Assembly (NCBI GenBank): GCA_047624005.1
Contig: JBLHPE010000007.1
Coordinates: 5,663 to 69,662 of the forward strand
Reading direction: 5' to 3'
Source: Ascidiaceihabitans sp.
GTDB lineage: Bacteria > Pseudomonadota > Alphaproteobacteria > Rhodobacterales > Rhodobacteraceae
DNA: 64,000 nucleotides
In this document: in pieces, positions 31,243 through 40,955 of the stretch
Layout: each line of letters starts with the position of its first letter
Position numbering within the stretch: the stretch's first letter is position 1
The notes under the pieces: model-generated
Told to the model about the DNA's origin: nothing
The model's database searches: none
What the model saw: only the letters and a program-made list of their open reading frames with translations
Made by a program: the position numbers and the translations under genes

Positions 31243-32400
31243 ATGCAAGACATAACCCGCATCCAATCCCCCCGCGTCATCCGCATCGGCGGCGGCGTCG
31301 CATCCGAGGCAGGCGAAGTCCTCCACCAACTTGGCCTCAGCAAACCTTTGATTGTGACAGACACCAACCTGATCAAAATCGGACACGTCAAAACCCTGAC
31401 GAACATCCTCAAAACCGCAAACATTCAGGCACACATCTTCGACGGCGTGATAGAGGACCCAACTGACGCTTGCGTCGACGACGGCATCACGGCCCTAAAC
31501 GCAGGCGACTACGATTGCATTATCGGCTTTGGCGGCGGCAGCCCGATGGACACGGCCAAAGCGATCTCGTTCATGGCAGTAAACCCAGGCCACGTGCGCG
31601 ATTACAAAGCACCCAAGCAAATCGACAAATGTGGACTGCCTATTATCCTGATCCCAACCACTGGGGGCACCGGATCAGAGTTAACGCGCTGGTGCGTGAT
31701 CACCGACACCAAACAGCCCGAAAAATACAACCTCTCTGGCCTTGCCTGCGTCGCAACAGCCGCCCTCATCGACTGGACCTTCACGACAACCAAACCTGCA
31801 CGGATCACCGCGGACACCGCCGTCGACAGTCTGACTCACGCGATCGAGGCGTATGTCAGCAAACGGGCACACCCGTACACCGACGCCTTCGCGCTCTCCG
31901 CTATGCCATTGATCGCAGACAACGTCCGCACGGCCTACGCCGATCCTGAAAACGGCCCCGCGCGCGAGGCATTGATGCTAGCCGCGTCCCAAGCAGGCAT
32001 GGCATTCTCAAACGCCTCCGTCGCTTTGGTCCATGGGATGAGCCGCCCGATAGGTGCGCATTTTCACGTCGCCCACGGACTATCCAACGCGATGTTGTTG
32101 CCCGCGATCACCGCATTTTCCATCTCCGCCGCGCCAGAACGTTATGCACAGGTCGCACGCGTCACGAACTGGGCAACTGACAGTGACACAGACGAAATCG
32201 CCTGCGCAAAACTTGTCGATGGGTTGAAACAATTGAACGCAGACCTCGAAGTACCCTCACCCACCAAACTTGGACACGCAAAAGATGACAAAATGTTTGC
32301 ACTCATGGCATCCCAAGCGCTTGCATCAGGATCACCACAAAACAATCCACGTGTGCCAACAGCGAACGAAATCATCAGCCTTTATCGTGAGATTTGGTAG
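31243..32400 (+). CDS. Iron-containing alcohol dehydrogenase
   Basis: GGGSPMDTAK, PTTGGTGSE, DSLTHAIE, HGMS...HGLSNA. Confidence 0.92.
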   Translation: MQDITRIQSPRVIRIGGGVASEAGEVLHQLGLSKPLIVTDTNLIKIGHVKTLTNILKTANIQAHIFDGVIEDPTDACVDDGITALNAGDYDCIIGFGGGSPMDTAKAISFMAVNPGHVRDYKAPKQIDKCGLPIILIPTTGGTGSELTRWCVITDTKQPEKYNLSGLACVATAALIDWTFTTTKPARITADTAVDSLTHAIEAYVSKRAHPYTDAFALSAMPLIADNVRTAYADPENGPAREALMLAASQAGMAFSNASVALVHGMSRPIGAHFHVAHGLSNAMLLPAITAFSISAAPERYAQVARVTNWATDSDTDEIACAKLVDGLKQLNADLEVPSPTKLGHAKDDKMFALMASQALASGSPQNNPRVPTANEIISLYREIW

Positions 32401-32422
32401 GGTAGGGCCACAAATGCCGGAA

Positions 32423-33424
32423 TTAGTCTTCGCTGGGTGCGAACGCACGCAGCAACTCAATCATATCGCGGGACTGAAATGCAGTGGTGTGATTGCTTGA
32501 CCAAATATCAGCGGCGAATGTGGCAGACATCAACGTTGCATCGCTGGCATCCAACCTATCCGCATCACCAATAGCGCCCAAACGAACGTTACTACCGCTC
32601 AGAATACCCGACAGCTGCAACAGCCGGTCATTCTCTGATGCGATCACAAAAAACGGTTGCGGCAACCCGCCCATATCAATCGCCTGCTGCTCGAACAGCT
32701 CGACATCAATGTCAGGAGAAACCAACGCAGTGCTGCGCAGTTTAGACCATTGCGCCCCATTATTGCGGATCGCGCGTTGGCGCAGGACCTCAACAACCAA
32801 CTGACTACCGATCGAATGCCCAACAATGCTAAAGCTCTCAATATTCGAGGCTTGTAATTGATCCAGCAATGTCTCCAACGCAGAGCGCGAAAACATGATG
32901 GAATCGCGATCATGTAGATAGGCGAAATTCTCGCCAGCCGACGGCCAGCTGAACATGACAGGAATGTCTTTCCGCTTATAATCATGCAGCAACTGCGCGT
33001 TCATATAAAGCGCCTCAGCGAATGAATTATTGAAGCCGTGCACATAGACAATCGCATTGCGCTCGCCCTTGGCGCGTTTGGAAATTTGCTTGTCTAACAT
33101 TTGGTCAAAACCACGCGGGTCGACAGTTGTCGCTGCAGCAACAATGCCGAAATTGGTTTGCGGGTCTGGCGATTTGTCTGGGTACTCGACCACCCCCAAC
33201 CGGTGGCCCGATGGGACGGAAACGCAGATCTCGCCGAACGACAAAGCGTTACTGCGTACGTTTCCATAAAGTTGATTATTGGGCACCCTATTGGTCGCAA
33301 ACAATATGTCATGAAGCGTCGCGTCTTTAGTCACTGGTACAACAACCGCCTCGCCATGCGCCACGCACCCAGCCAATGCCAACGTCATCAATAATTTCAC
33401 AAGGGTTTTCAAAAGGACGTCCAA
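32423..33424 (-). CDS. DUF900-type alpha/beta hydrolase lipoprotein
   Basis: LAGC lipobox, FATNR, YVHGFNN, FSWPS, GHSIG, SPDID. Start codon uncertain. Confidence 0.82.
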   Translation of the reverse strand: MDVLLKTLVKLLMTLALAGCVAHGEAVVVPVTKDATLHDILFATNRVPNNQLYGNVRSNALSFGEICVSVPSGHRLGVVEYPDKSPDPQTNFGIVAAATTVDPRGFDQMLDKQISKRAKGERNAIVYVHGFNNSFAEALYMNAQLLHDYKRKDIPVMFSWPSAGENFAYLHDRDSIMFSRSALETLLDQLQASNIESFSIVGHSIGSQLVVEVLRQRAIRNNGAQWSKLRSTALVSPDIDVELFEQQAIDMGGLPQPFFVIASENDRLLQLSGILSGSNVRLGAIGDADRLDASDATLMSATFAADIWSSNHTTAFQSRDMIELLRAFAPSED

Positions 33425-33513
33425 CTTTAAGGGCCGACAGGTCGACCGAACCGGTAATTAAATTCGAACGCCGTGACCAAACATGTAAACGTCCGATCAC
33501 TGCATGGATCGTT

Positions 33514-33816
33514 TTATTTACTCGGGCGTTTAGGTCTGAATTTCTTAAGCATCTTGCCCACTGCAGCTTTATCAATGCTGCCATTTTCGGCTTGTAGGCA
33601 CGAGGTAAGGCTTGCTTCGTTAATACATTCTGGCGGGCCGTTTTTAGGGGCCGGCATACAGGCCTTAAGCGCGGCTTCGGAAACACCAATGCTTGCGGCC
33701 ATCTTGCCAAATTCTGGTTTTGGTGGACGTTCTTTTTGTTGCGCTGTTGCCGTCACTGGCATGAAAAAAGCTGTTGCTGCGCTTAGCCCCAAAAGTGTGG
33801 TTCTTATTGTTGTCAT
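33514..33816 (-). CDS. Small exported hypothetical protein
   Basis: Signal peptide ending ATA, Pro/Lys-rich, three Cys, AAGGG-like RBS upstream. Confidence 0.65.
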   Translation of the reverse strand: MTTIRTTLLGLSAATAFFMPVTATAQQKERPPKPEFGKMAASIGVSEAALKACMPAPKNGPPECINEASLTSCLQAENGSIDKAAVGKMLKKFRPKRPSK

Positions 33817-33990
33817 TGAATGGGCCCTTTCTTAGTCCATTTTTGTTATGTGCTCTTTTAGAACGGCAGAGCTGCTCGGTTCCGTCGGCCCAATTTTAGA
33901 AAAATGTGAAAGGTTGCGAAAAAACGCCGTTGATGGTGAAAAAATGCCTGCGTTAACTATATTTCGGGCCACGTTTTTGAAAATTGGCAA

Positions 33991-34098
33991 AAATGTACAA
34001 TTTGCACCCCCAATTTGTACATTTCGGCATAACTCGACCAAATTCAGCAAGATTTGCACTCGCCCAAATGTACAATTCGCATCGTAAATTGTACATTT
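33991..34098. repeat. Two copies of a TGTACA-containing palindrome
   Basis: AAATGTACAATTTGCACCCCCAATTTGTACATTT (33991-34024) and AAATGTACAATTCGCATCGTAAATTGTACATTT (34066-34098). Confidence 0.8.
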
Positions 34099-34233
34099 TA
34101 CGCAACAAAGTCTGCACAATTCCGCCTCAAAACTCAAACAACACCACCAATAACAATGCGCACGCCCCCCTTGCCAGCGCCCCGTCCAACCCGTTACCCA
34201 CGGTTCCAAGCACCCGCGAAAGGCCCACATCCC

Positions 34234-35775
34234 GTGAAACCCATCAAAATGATGTCCGGCTTTTTAACTGTTGGATTCTGGACACTTATGTCCCGCATCC
34301 TTGGCTTCGTGCGTGAAATCCTACTGCTGTCCCTCATCGGCCCCGGCCCCATCATGGACGCTTTTGTCGCCGCCTTCCGCCTGCCCAATATGTTCCGCCG
34401 CTTTTTCGCCGAAGGTGCGTTTAACGCCGCCTTCGTTCCGATGTTCTCAAAAAAGCTGGAAGGTGATGATAATCCACACAAATTTGCGACCGACGCGCTG
34501 GCTGGGCTGTCCCTTGTCGTCCTGATTGTGATCGGTTTGGCGATGGTGTTTATGCCCGCATTGGTCTGGCTCACAGCAGGTGGATTTGCCGAGGACGCCC
34601 GTTTTGATATGACCGTAGGCTTTGGCCGCGTTGTGTTTCCCTACATCTTGTTTATGTCCCTTTCTGCGTTATTCTCCGGCATCTTAAACTCTACCGGCCG
34701 CTTTGCTGCGGCCGCAGCGGCACCCGTTTTACTTAACATTTTCATGATCATAGCGATGGTCAGCGCCAATTATTTGGGTGCCGATGTGATCTCTTGGATC
34801 ATCTGGGTTGTTCCACTCGCAGGTATCGCCCAACTCGCCCTGACATGGGTCGCCGCCAGTCGTGCCGGCTTCGCATTGAAACCGGCACGCCCGCGTTGGA
34901 CCCCCGATATGCGCAAGATGATCGTGGTCGCTGTTCCCGCCGCGCTTGCCTCTGGTGTGATGCAGATAAATCTGGTCGTCGGCCAGTTCGCCGCCAGCCA
35001 ATTCGACAGCGCTGTCAGTTGGCTTTTTGCAGCAGATCGCCTGTATCAACTGCCTCTCGGCGTGGTCGGAATTGCAGTGGGCATCGTGTTGCTTCCCGAC
35101 TTGTCCCGTCGCCTTCAGGCAGGCGATGAAATTGGGGCCAAGACGGCATTTTCACGGGCTGCTGAAATTTCACTAGCCTTAACGATACCAGCCTCTATCG
35201 CATTGATTATAATACCATTCCCACTTGTTTCCGTCTTATTTGAACGTGGCGCAACGGGCCCAGATGATGCGGCAGCAATCGCTGTGGCTGTCAGCATTTA
35301 TGGACTTGGATTGCCCGCATTTGTCATCCAGAAATTCCTACAGCCGCTCTATTTTGCACGCGAAGACACACGAAGCCCGTTCCGTTTTGCACTGGTTGCG
35401 ATGGTCATCAACGCAGCCCTCGCAATTGGTTTATCTCCAGTCATTGGCTGGATTGCACCCGCTATTGCAGCAACAGTTGCAGGCTGGGCGATGGTCGCCT
35501 TGCTGATGATTGGCGCGCGTCGCATGGGTGATGTCGCACGTTTTGATGCCCACTTGCGCAAACGTATTTGGCGCATCGTTGCGGCCTCGGCAGTGATGGG
35601 CGGATGTCTGTGGGCAGGCAACATCGCGCTGTCCCCCGCATTGGGGATGCCCGGCATACGCTATGTTGCTCTTATCATTTTGATAACAATAGGTATTGTC
35701 ACCTATTTCGTTTCTGGAAACCTTCTAGGTGCATTCAAAATATCCGAATTCAAAAAGGCTATTCAGCGCGGTTAA
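34234..35775 (+). CDS. murJ: Lipid II flippase MurJ
   Basis: SRILGFVRE, AFRLPNMFRRFFAEGAF, ADRLYQLPLG. GTG start chosen. Confidence 0.96.
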   Translation: MKPIKMMSGFLTVGFWTLMSRILGFVREILLLSLIGPGPIMDAFVAAFRLPNMFRRFFAEGAFNAAFVPMFSKKLEGDDNPHKFATDALAGLSLVVLIVIGLAMVFMPALVWLTAGGFAEDARFDMTVGFGRVVFPYILFMSLSALFSGILNSTGRFAAAAAAPVLLNIFMIIAMVSANYLGADVISWIIWVVPLAGIAQLALTWVAASRAGFALKPARPRWTPDMRKMIVVAVPAALASGVMQINLVVGQFAASQFDSAVSWLFAADRLYQLPLGVVGIAVGIVLLPDLSRRLQAGDEIGAKTAFSRAAEISLALTIPASIALIIIPFPLVSVLFERGATGPDDAAAIAVAVSIYGLGLPAFVIQKFLQPLYFAREDTRSPFRFALVAMVINAALAIGLSPVIGWIAPAIAATVAGWAMVALLMIGARRMGDVARFDAHLRKRIWRIVAASAVMGGCLWAGNIALSPALGMPGIRYVALIILITIGIVTYFVSGNLLGAFKISEFKKAIQRG

Positions 35776-36459
35776 TCAATCGCGTTGAACCAGCCTACGT
35801 ATCCGCGCAAGGCCACCCGGCATCACGACAACGGACAGTCCGAAGCCACAGAAAAACCCTGCGAGTTCAGCGATCCAGTCCTGCCCTGTGACAAAGAAGA
35901 TACCGAATACCAATTGAATGCCCATCAAGAACCCGATCAGCCGGAACGCAGAAAGCTGCTGCGTGCCCTGCCCCGCCAACCTTTGCCACAACAGGAATGT
36001 GTAGGCACCAATCAATCCATAGACGCTTGGATATGCACCGATCAACCACGCCTGATCTGTGATCAATCCAAAGATCACGATCCCGAATACACCACTGAAA
36101 ACAAACAATATTACAACGGCTAATTGCCCCATGACCTCGCCCACCAACTTACCCATCGCTAGCAAAATCACACACGAGAATATCGCTGAGGTAAAGCTGC
36201 CATGCAGGAACATGTAGCTGAACGTGCGGATGAAATACTCAAACGGCATTTGCCCGTTGTTGATCATCCAATCGAATGCGACGCCTGAAAAACCGTAATC
36301 GCTGATCGCTGTCAGCCGCCAGCCGACAGCCCGCGCACCGCCCAATAAGCCCTGTTCACCCATGGTAAACGCCAACTCAATCCCCATAAGAACAAGACAA
36401 ATCGCCCAAACCACTGGTGGCATTGGGTTGAAAGGTGGGGCGTTAGGATCTTGGTACAT
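35776..36459 (-). CDS. Rhomboid family intramembrane protease-like protein
   Basis: SYMFLHGS and multiple TM helices. The catalytic GxSG appears replaced by GAYP. Start set at MYQDPN. Confidence 0.8.
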   Translation of the reverse strand: MYQDPNAPPFNPMPPVVWAICLVLMGIELAFTMGEQGLLGGARAVGWRLTAISDYGFSGVAFDWMINNGQMPFEYFIRTFSYMFLHGSFTSAIFSCVILLAMGKLVGEVMGQLAVVILFVFSGVFGIVIFGLITDQAWLIGAYPSVYGLIGAYTFLLWQRLAGQGTQQLSAFRLIGFLMGIQLVFGIFFVTGQDWIAELAGFFCGFGLSVVVMPGGLARIRRLVQRD

Positions 36460-36562
36460 GCGTCGGCTCTCCGGTCTAGTCAAATCAGAGCGCCTGTTGA
36501 CGTCTCTTGGCCCCGTGGGTAAGCCAGAAACGCAGATTTGCCCAGCGCCTAAGGACACTAAG

Positions 36563-37588
36563 ATGACTGAAACCACATTCACACCCCGCGTCTTTTCCGG
36601 CATCCAGCCATCCGGCGGCTTGCACCTTGGCAACTACCTTGGTGCCATCAAACGCTTTGTCACGATGCAAGATGAAGTTGCGGAGTCAGTCTATTGCATG
36701 GTTGATCTTCATGCGATCACCGTCTGGCAGGACCCAAAAGCCTTGCAACATAGCACGCGCGAGTTGGCCGCTGGCTTTATCGCGTCTGGGATCAGCCCTG
36801 AGAAATCCATCCTGATCAACCAAAGCCAAGTGCCCGAGCATGCCCAACTGGGCTGGATCTTCAACTGTGTCGCCCGCATGGGCTGGATGCAACGCATGAC
36901 CCAATTCAAGGACAAGGCAGGCAAGAACTCTCAAGCGGCCTCACTGGGCTTGTTTGCCTACCCTGCGCTGATGGCAGCCGATATCCTAGTGTACCACGCA
37001 ACACACGTGCCTGTGGGTGAAGATCAGAAGCAGCATCTGGAACTGACGCGCGACATCGCTGCGAAGTTTAACCATGACTACGGTGTCGATTTCTTCCCGA
37101 TGACAGAACCTGTAATTGAAGGCGCAGCGACCCGCGTTATGTCCTTGCGTGATGGGACCAAGAAGATGTCGAAGTCTGATCCGTCAGATGCCAGCCGCAT
37201 CAACATGACTGATGACGCAGACTCGATTGCCAAAAAGATCCGCAAAGCTAAATCGGATGCAGATGCGTTACCGTCCGAAGCAAAAGGCTTGGAGGATCGT
37301 CCAGATGCCCGCAACTTGATCAATATCTATGCTGCCCTTGCGGATATGACTGTCGATCAGGTTCTAGCTGATGTTGGCGGCAAACAATTCGGTGAATTCA
37401 AGCCGATGTTAAGCGATCTGGCTGTGGCTAAACTGTCGCCTATTTCCACTGAAATGGCCCGTCTGATGAGTGACCCTGCAGAGATTGATCGTGTCTTGGC
37501 GAAAGGTGCGTTGCAGGCCCGAGAGATCACTGCGCCGATCTTGCAGAAAACCTACGACATTGTTGGCATGGTGCGCCCAGCCATTTGA
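36563..37588 (+). CDS. trpS: Tryptophan--tRNA ligase
   Basis: [24 protein letters not shown]. Confidence 0.98.
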   Translation: MTETTFTPRVFSGIQPSGGLHLGNYLGAIKRFVTMQDEVAESVYCMVDLHAITVWQDPKALQHSTRELAAGFIASGISPEKSILINQSQVPEHAQLGWIFNCVARMGWMQRMTQFKDKAGKNSQAASLGLFAYPALMAADILVYHATHVPVGEDQKQHLELTRDIAAKFNHDYGVDFFPMTEPVIEGAATRVMSLRDGTKKMSKSDPSDASRINMTDDADSIAKKIRKAKSDADALPSEAKGLEDRPDARNLINIYAALADMTVDQVLADVGGKQFGEFKPMLSDLAVAKLSPISTEMARLMSDPAEIDRVLAKGALQAREITAPILQKTYDIVGMVRPAI

Positions 37589-37631
37589 CCCAGTAGTCCA
37601 GCCTTGATGCTGGACAATCTGTCGCCTCTAG

Positions 37632-37665
37632 GTCACCCTTTTGTCTGAATTGGACGGAGGGTGAC
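37632..37665 (+). promoter_or_regulatory. Hairpin sequestering the RBS of the deacetylase gene
   Basis: GTCACCCTTTTGTC...GACGGAGGGTGAC, ending immediately before ATG 37666. Confidence 0.45.
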
Positions 37666-38772
37666 ATGACAACTGGCTTCTTTTGGGACGAACGCACCTT
37701 TTGGCACGCTGGTGGCAATTATGCGTTTACTTTACCGTTGGGTGGATTGGTTCAACCCTTGGCCGCTGGCGGCTTGCCCGAAAGCCCAGAAACCAAACGT
37801 CGTCTTAAAAATCTGATGGATGTGACTGGTTTAACACGCGAATTGGACGTGCGTTCCGCGCCTGAAGCAACCCAGCAGGAACTGTTGCGCGTTCATCCAG
37901 AAAGTTATTTGAATACCTTTAAAGGACTGTCAGACAACGGCGGTGGTGAGCTTGGCGCGAATGCCCCGTTCGCCAAAGGTGGTTACGAAATTGCGGCCCT
38001 TTCAGCGGGGCTTTGCAGCGCAGCAGTTAATGCCGTTCTGACTGGCCAATTGGACAACGCCTATTCCCTTTCCCGCCCGCCAGGTCACCACTGCTTGCCC
38101 GACGATCCCAACGGGTTTTGCCTGATGGCGAACATCGCCATCGCCATCGAAACTGCCAAAGCTAAAGGCTTAGCTGGCCGCGTCGCCGTGCTGGATTGGG
38201 ATGTGCACCATGGGAACGGTACCGAAGCCATCTTTTACGATCGCGACGATGTCCTAACCATTAGCTTCCACCAAGAAGGAAATTATCCCCTGAATACTGG
38301 CGATGTGGCTGATCGTGGTCGAAGCGCAGGCCTTGGACATAACATCAATTTACCATTGCCCGCAGGCGCAGGCCACACCGCATATCTGCATGCGATTGAC
38401 CGCGTGGCGAAACCGGCCATCGAGGCGTTCAACCCTGATATCATTATCATTGCTTGTGGGTTTGATGCAGCCGTTATTGACCCGTTATCTAGTATGCTGG
38501 CAACTGCAGACACCTTCCGCCAGATGACGGCAAAGATCAAAGCGCTCGCTGCAGAAATTTGCGACGGCAAATTGGTGTTGGTTCACGAGGGCGGATATTC
38601 AGAAGTCTATGTACCGTTCTGTGGTCATGCTACAATAGAAGCATTGTCAGGCAGCTTAACGGTCGCACCTGATCCCTTCGCAAAAGCCTTTAAGGCTCGC
38701 CAGCCAAATCCCCGCTTTGATGCATTCCTGATTTCAGAAATTGATCGAATGGCCGAGATGCTAGATCTTTGA
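37666..38772 (+). CDS. Class II histone deacetylase family amidohydrolase
   Basis: RPPGHH, GFC, DWDVHHGNGT, GFDA..DPL, EGGY. Confidence 0.93.
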   Translation: MTTGFFWDERTFWHAGGNYAFTLPLGGLVQPLAAGGLPESPETKRRLKNLMDVTGLTRELDVRSAPEATQQELLRVHPESYLNTFKGLSDNGGGELGANAPFAKGGYEIAALSAGLCSAAVNAVLTGQLDNAYSLSRPPGHHCLPDDPNGFCLMANIAIAIETAKAKGLAGRVAVLDWDVHHGNGTEAIFYDRDDVLTISFHQEGNYPLNTGDVADRGRSAGLGHNINLPLPAGAGHTAYLHAIDRVAKPAIEAFNPDIIIIACGFDAAVIDPLSSMLATADTFRQMTAKIKALAAEICDGKLVLVHEGGYSEVYVPFCGHATIEALSGSLTVAPDPFAKAFKARQPNPRFDAFLISEIDRMAEMLDL

Positions 38773-38838
38773 TCTTTCCACCCTTGAAAGCGGTCCTGCG
38801 CGGCCAAACATGCTACTTAAGTTAACAACAGGTCCAAT

Positions 38839-39417
38839 ATGCCAACTCCAAATCCTCAAGCACTTTCGTTTCTTCAAACCCGCCGATCTCGCCCCGCAAA
38901 GACTCTGTCGATGCCAGTTCCTGATCACACTGAATTGGCCCAATTATTGACGGCAGCAGCCCGCACTCCAGATCATGGCAAGCTTGAACCTTGGCGATTT
39001 ATTGTGATCGAAAAAGCTGCAATGCCCCGAATGGCGGCAATAGCCCAGACGCGCGGTATAACCTTGGAGTTGGATGAAGAGCAGATCAAAAAGGGTCGCG
39101 GTCAATTTGATCAAGGTCATTTGGCTGTGGCCGTTATTGAGGTTCAAAAATCTTCGCCAAAAATCCCTGCGTTGGAACAAACCTATTCCGTAGGTGCAGT
39201 GTGTTTGGCCCTGCTAAATGCAGCCCTTGCTGCAGGTTGGGGTGCCAATTGGTTGAGTGGTTGGCCAAGTCATGATCGTGGCTTCATGACCGACGCGTTG
39301 GGCTTGTCCGACAATGAACGCATTGCAGGCTTTATCCATATCGCCACAGAGACCACTGCACCACCCGATCGCCCACGCCCCGCTATTGAGGCCATAACCA
39401 CGTGGATTTCCGAATGA
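38839..39417 (+). CDS. Nitroreductase family protein (YdjA-like)
   Basis: RRS, PDHGKLEPWRF, GWGANWLSG. Confidence 0.9.
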   Translation: MPTPNPQALSFLQTRRSRPAKTLSMPVPDHTELAQLLTAAARTPDHGKLEPWRFIVIEKAAMPRMAAIAQTRGITLELDEEQIKKGRGQFDQGHLAVAVIEVQKSSPKIPALEQTYSVGAVCLALLNAALAAGWGANWLSGWPSHDRGFMTDALGLSDNERIAGFIHIATETTAPPDRPRPAIEAITTWISE

Positions 39418-40127
39418 TACTTTCCAGCTTCTTCGCCGCCCTTGGTCAAATGGGAGACCCACGGTTCCGCCGTGTCTTGGTATTAGGTATTATACTGACG
39501 ATCGCCCTTTTGGTTAGCATAACAACTGCATTCGTCTGGCTCATAAACTTCATCGCGGGTGGATCAGCCTTCGTCGACATCTTGGGTGAAGTACGCTGGT
39601 TAAAGGACTTGGTCAGTTGGGGATCATTCTTTTTGATCTCGTTCTTATCAATATTCTTAATGGTACCAGTCGCGTCAGCCATCACATCAATGTTTTTGGA
39701 CGAGGTCGCACAGGCCGTTGAAGACAAACATTACCCTGATCTACCGAAAGTGAAACCAGTCCCTTTTGGAGATGCACTTAGAGACACGATTAACTTTCTA
39801 GGCGTCTTAATTGGGGCCAATATTCTTGCGCTGATCCTTTACGCGATCTTTTCTTTTGCCGCCCCGTTTATCTTTTGGGCGCTAAACGGATTCTTGTTGG
39901 GCCGTGAATATTTCACACTGGCCGCCATGCGTCGCGTCGGCAGGGACCAAGCTAAAGTACTGCGCAAACAGCACATCGGAACAATCTGGTTGGCCGGTAT
40001 TTTGATGGCCATGCCTTTGTCGATCCCACTGCTGAATCTGTTCATCCCAATTTTAGGCGCTGCAACCTTTACTCATCTTTACCATCGTATCTCTGCGTAT
40101 CGAGCTGAAAGAACTCCATCTCGCTAA
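39414..40127 (+). CDS. EI24/CysZ-like membrane protein
   Basis: FLDEVAQAVE..HYP, NGFLLGREYF, IPLLNLFIP. Confidence 0.85.
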   Translation: MILSSFFAALGQMGDPRFRRVLVLGIILTIALLVSITTAFVWLINFIAGGSAFVDILGEVRWLKDLVSWGSFFLISFLSIFLMVPVASAITSMFLDEVAQAVEDKHYPDLPKVKPVPFGDALRDTINFLGVLIGANILALILYAIFSFAAPFIFWALNGFLLGREYFTLAAMRRVGRDQAKVLRKQHIGTIWLAGILMAMPLSIPLLNLFIPILGAATFTHLYHRISAYRAERTPSR

Positions 40128-40359
40128 TTTTGACCCGCTCGGACAATATGATTGCAGATATTATCGCCCAGACAACCAACGAGATTGCTGTGGTGATAAT
40201 CGCTTTTTTTGGAAGGTTGTGAACTTCGGGCGATCCCGCATGGGTTCCGGGTTCGACGTGCCCCATGTCCCCTTGAGTTTTCACCTTAAAGGGCAGGACA
40301 ATCAGAAACGTCATCCACCAGATGACAGCCAATAAAACTAATGCGGAAGTAATACCCAT
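40069..40359 (-). CDS. DUF1467 family protein
   Basis: VIWW..F..LP...TQGD...PGT..GSP; directly downstream of mce. Confidence 0.85.
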   Translation of the reverse strand: MGITSALVLLAVIWWMTFLIVLPFKVKTQGDMGHVEPGTHAGSPEVHNLPKKAIITTAISLVVWAIISAIILSERVKISEMEFFQLDTQRYDGKDE

Positions 40360-40362
40360 ATC

Positions 40363-40767
40363 TTACACCTGCTCAAGTTCGACAAGACAGCCATTGAAAT
40401 CCTTAGGATGCAGGAACAGAACGGGTTTGCCGTGGGCACCGATCTTTGGCTCCCCATTACCTAAAACGCGCGCACCTGTTGTCAACAAATGATCCCGCGC
40501 AACAATGATGTCATCCACTTCGTAACAGACGTGATGCATCCCGCCCGATGGGTTCTTTTCCAAAAAGCTGGTGATCGGGCTGTTGTCACCCAACGGGTAA
40601 AGCAGTTCGATCTTGGTGTTTGGCAACTCGATAAATATTACTGTCACGCCGTGATCGGGCTCGTGCTGCGGTTCGCCAACTTTTGCACCCAGCGCATTGC
40701 GGTATTGATCCGCTGCGGCTTCAAGATCAGGGACAGCAATTGCGAGATGGTTCAAACGGCCGATCAT
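40363..40767 (-). CDS. mce: Methylmalonyl-CoA epimerase
   Basis: MIGRLNHLAIAVPDL, GMHHVCYEV, GAHGKPVLFLHPKD..G.LVELEQ. Confidence 0.95.
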   Translation of the reverse strand: MIGRLNHLAIAVPDLEAAADQYRNALGAKVGEPQHEPDHGVTVIFIELPNTKIELLYPLGDNSPITSFLEKNPSGGMHHVCYEVDDIIVARDHLLTTGARVLGNGEPKIGAHGKPVLFLHPKDFNGCLVELEQV

Positions 40768-40955
40768 GGTTTTTCTCCAGCGTAAATCATTTTGCGGCTT
40801 TATGCGGTCCATACCGAACAAGAGCAAGTGACGCACCGCCGCACCCTCCATTAGACAACCTTCCCAAACAACGTTGCGAACCAAGGTTTGTTAACGCGCT
40901 GTTAGGCAAGGTTGCGTAGTTTCCTAAATCGTAGATGACCGAATGAGGCTTGATT

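Noticed and set aside
33855-33890. GGAAC...CGTT on the minus strand as an EcfG promoter
   Set aside because: The spacer is 13 nt rather than the expected 16-17.
33991-34098. Palindrome pair considered as a mini-CRISPR
   Set aside because: There are only two copies, their centres differ, and no cas genes are present. Kept as a repeat or binding-site finding.
34054-34233. N-terminal extensions in the ORF track (murJ, also mreB, trpS, aspS, mce, VOC, rhomboid, fructokinase)
   Set aside because: These come from upstream alternative start codons; family similarity begins at the downstream starts used in the features.
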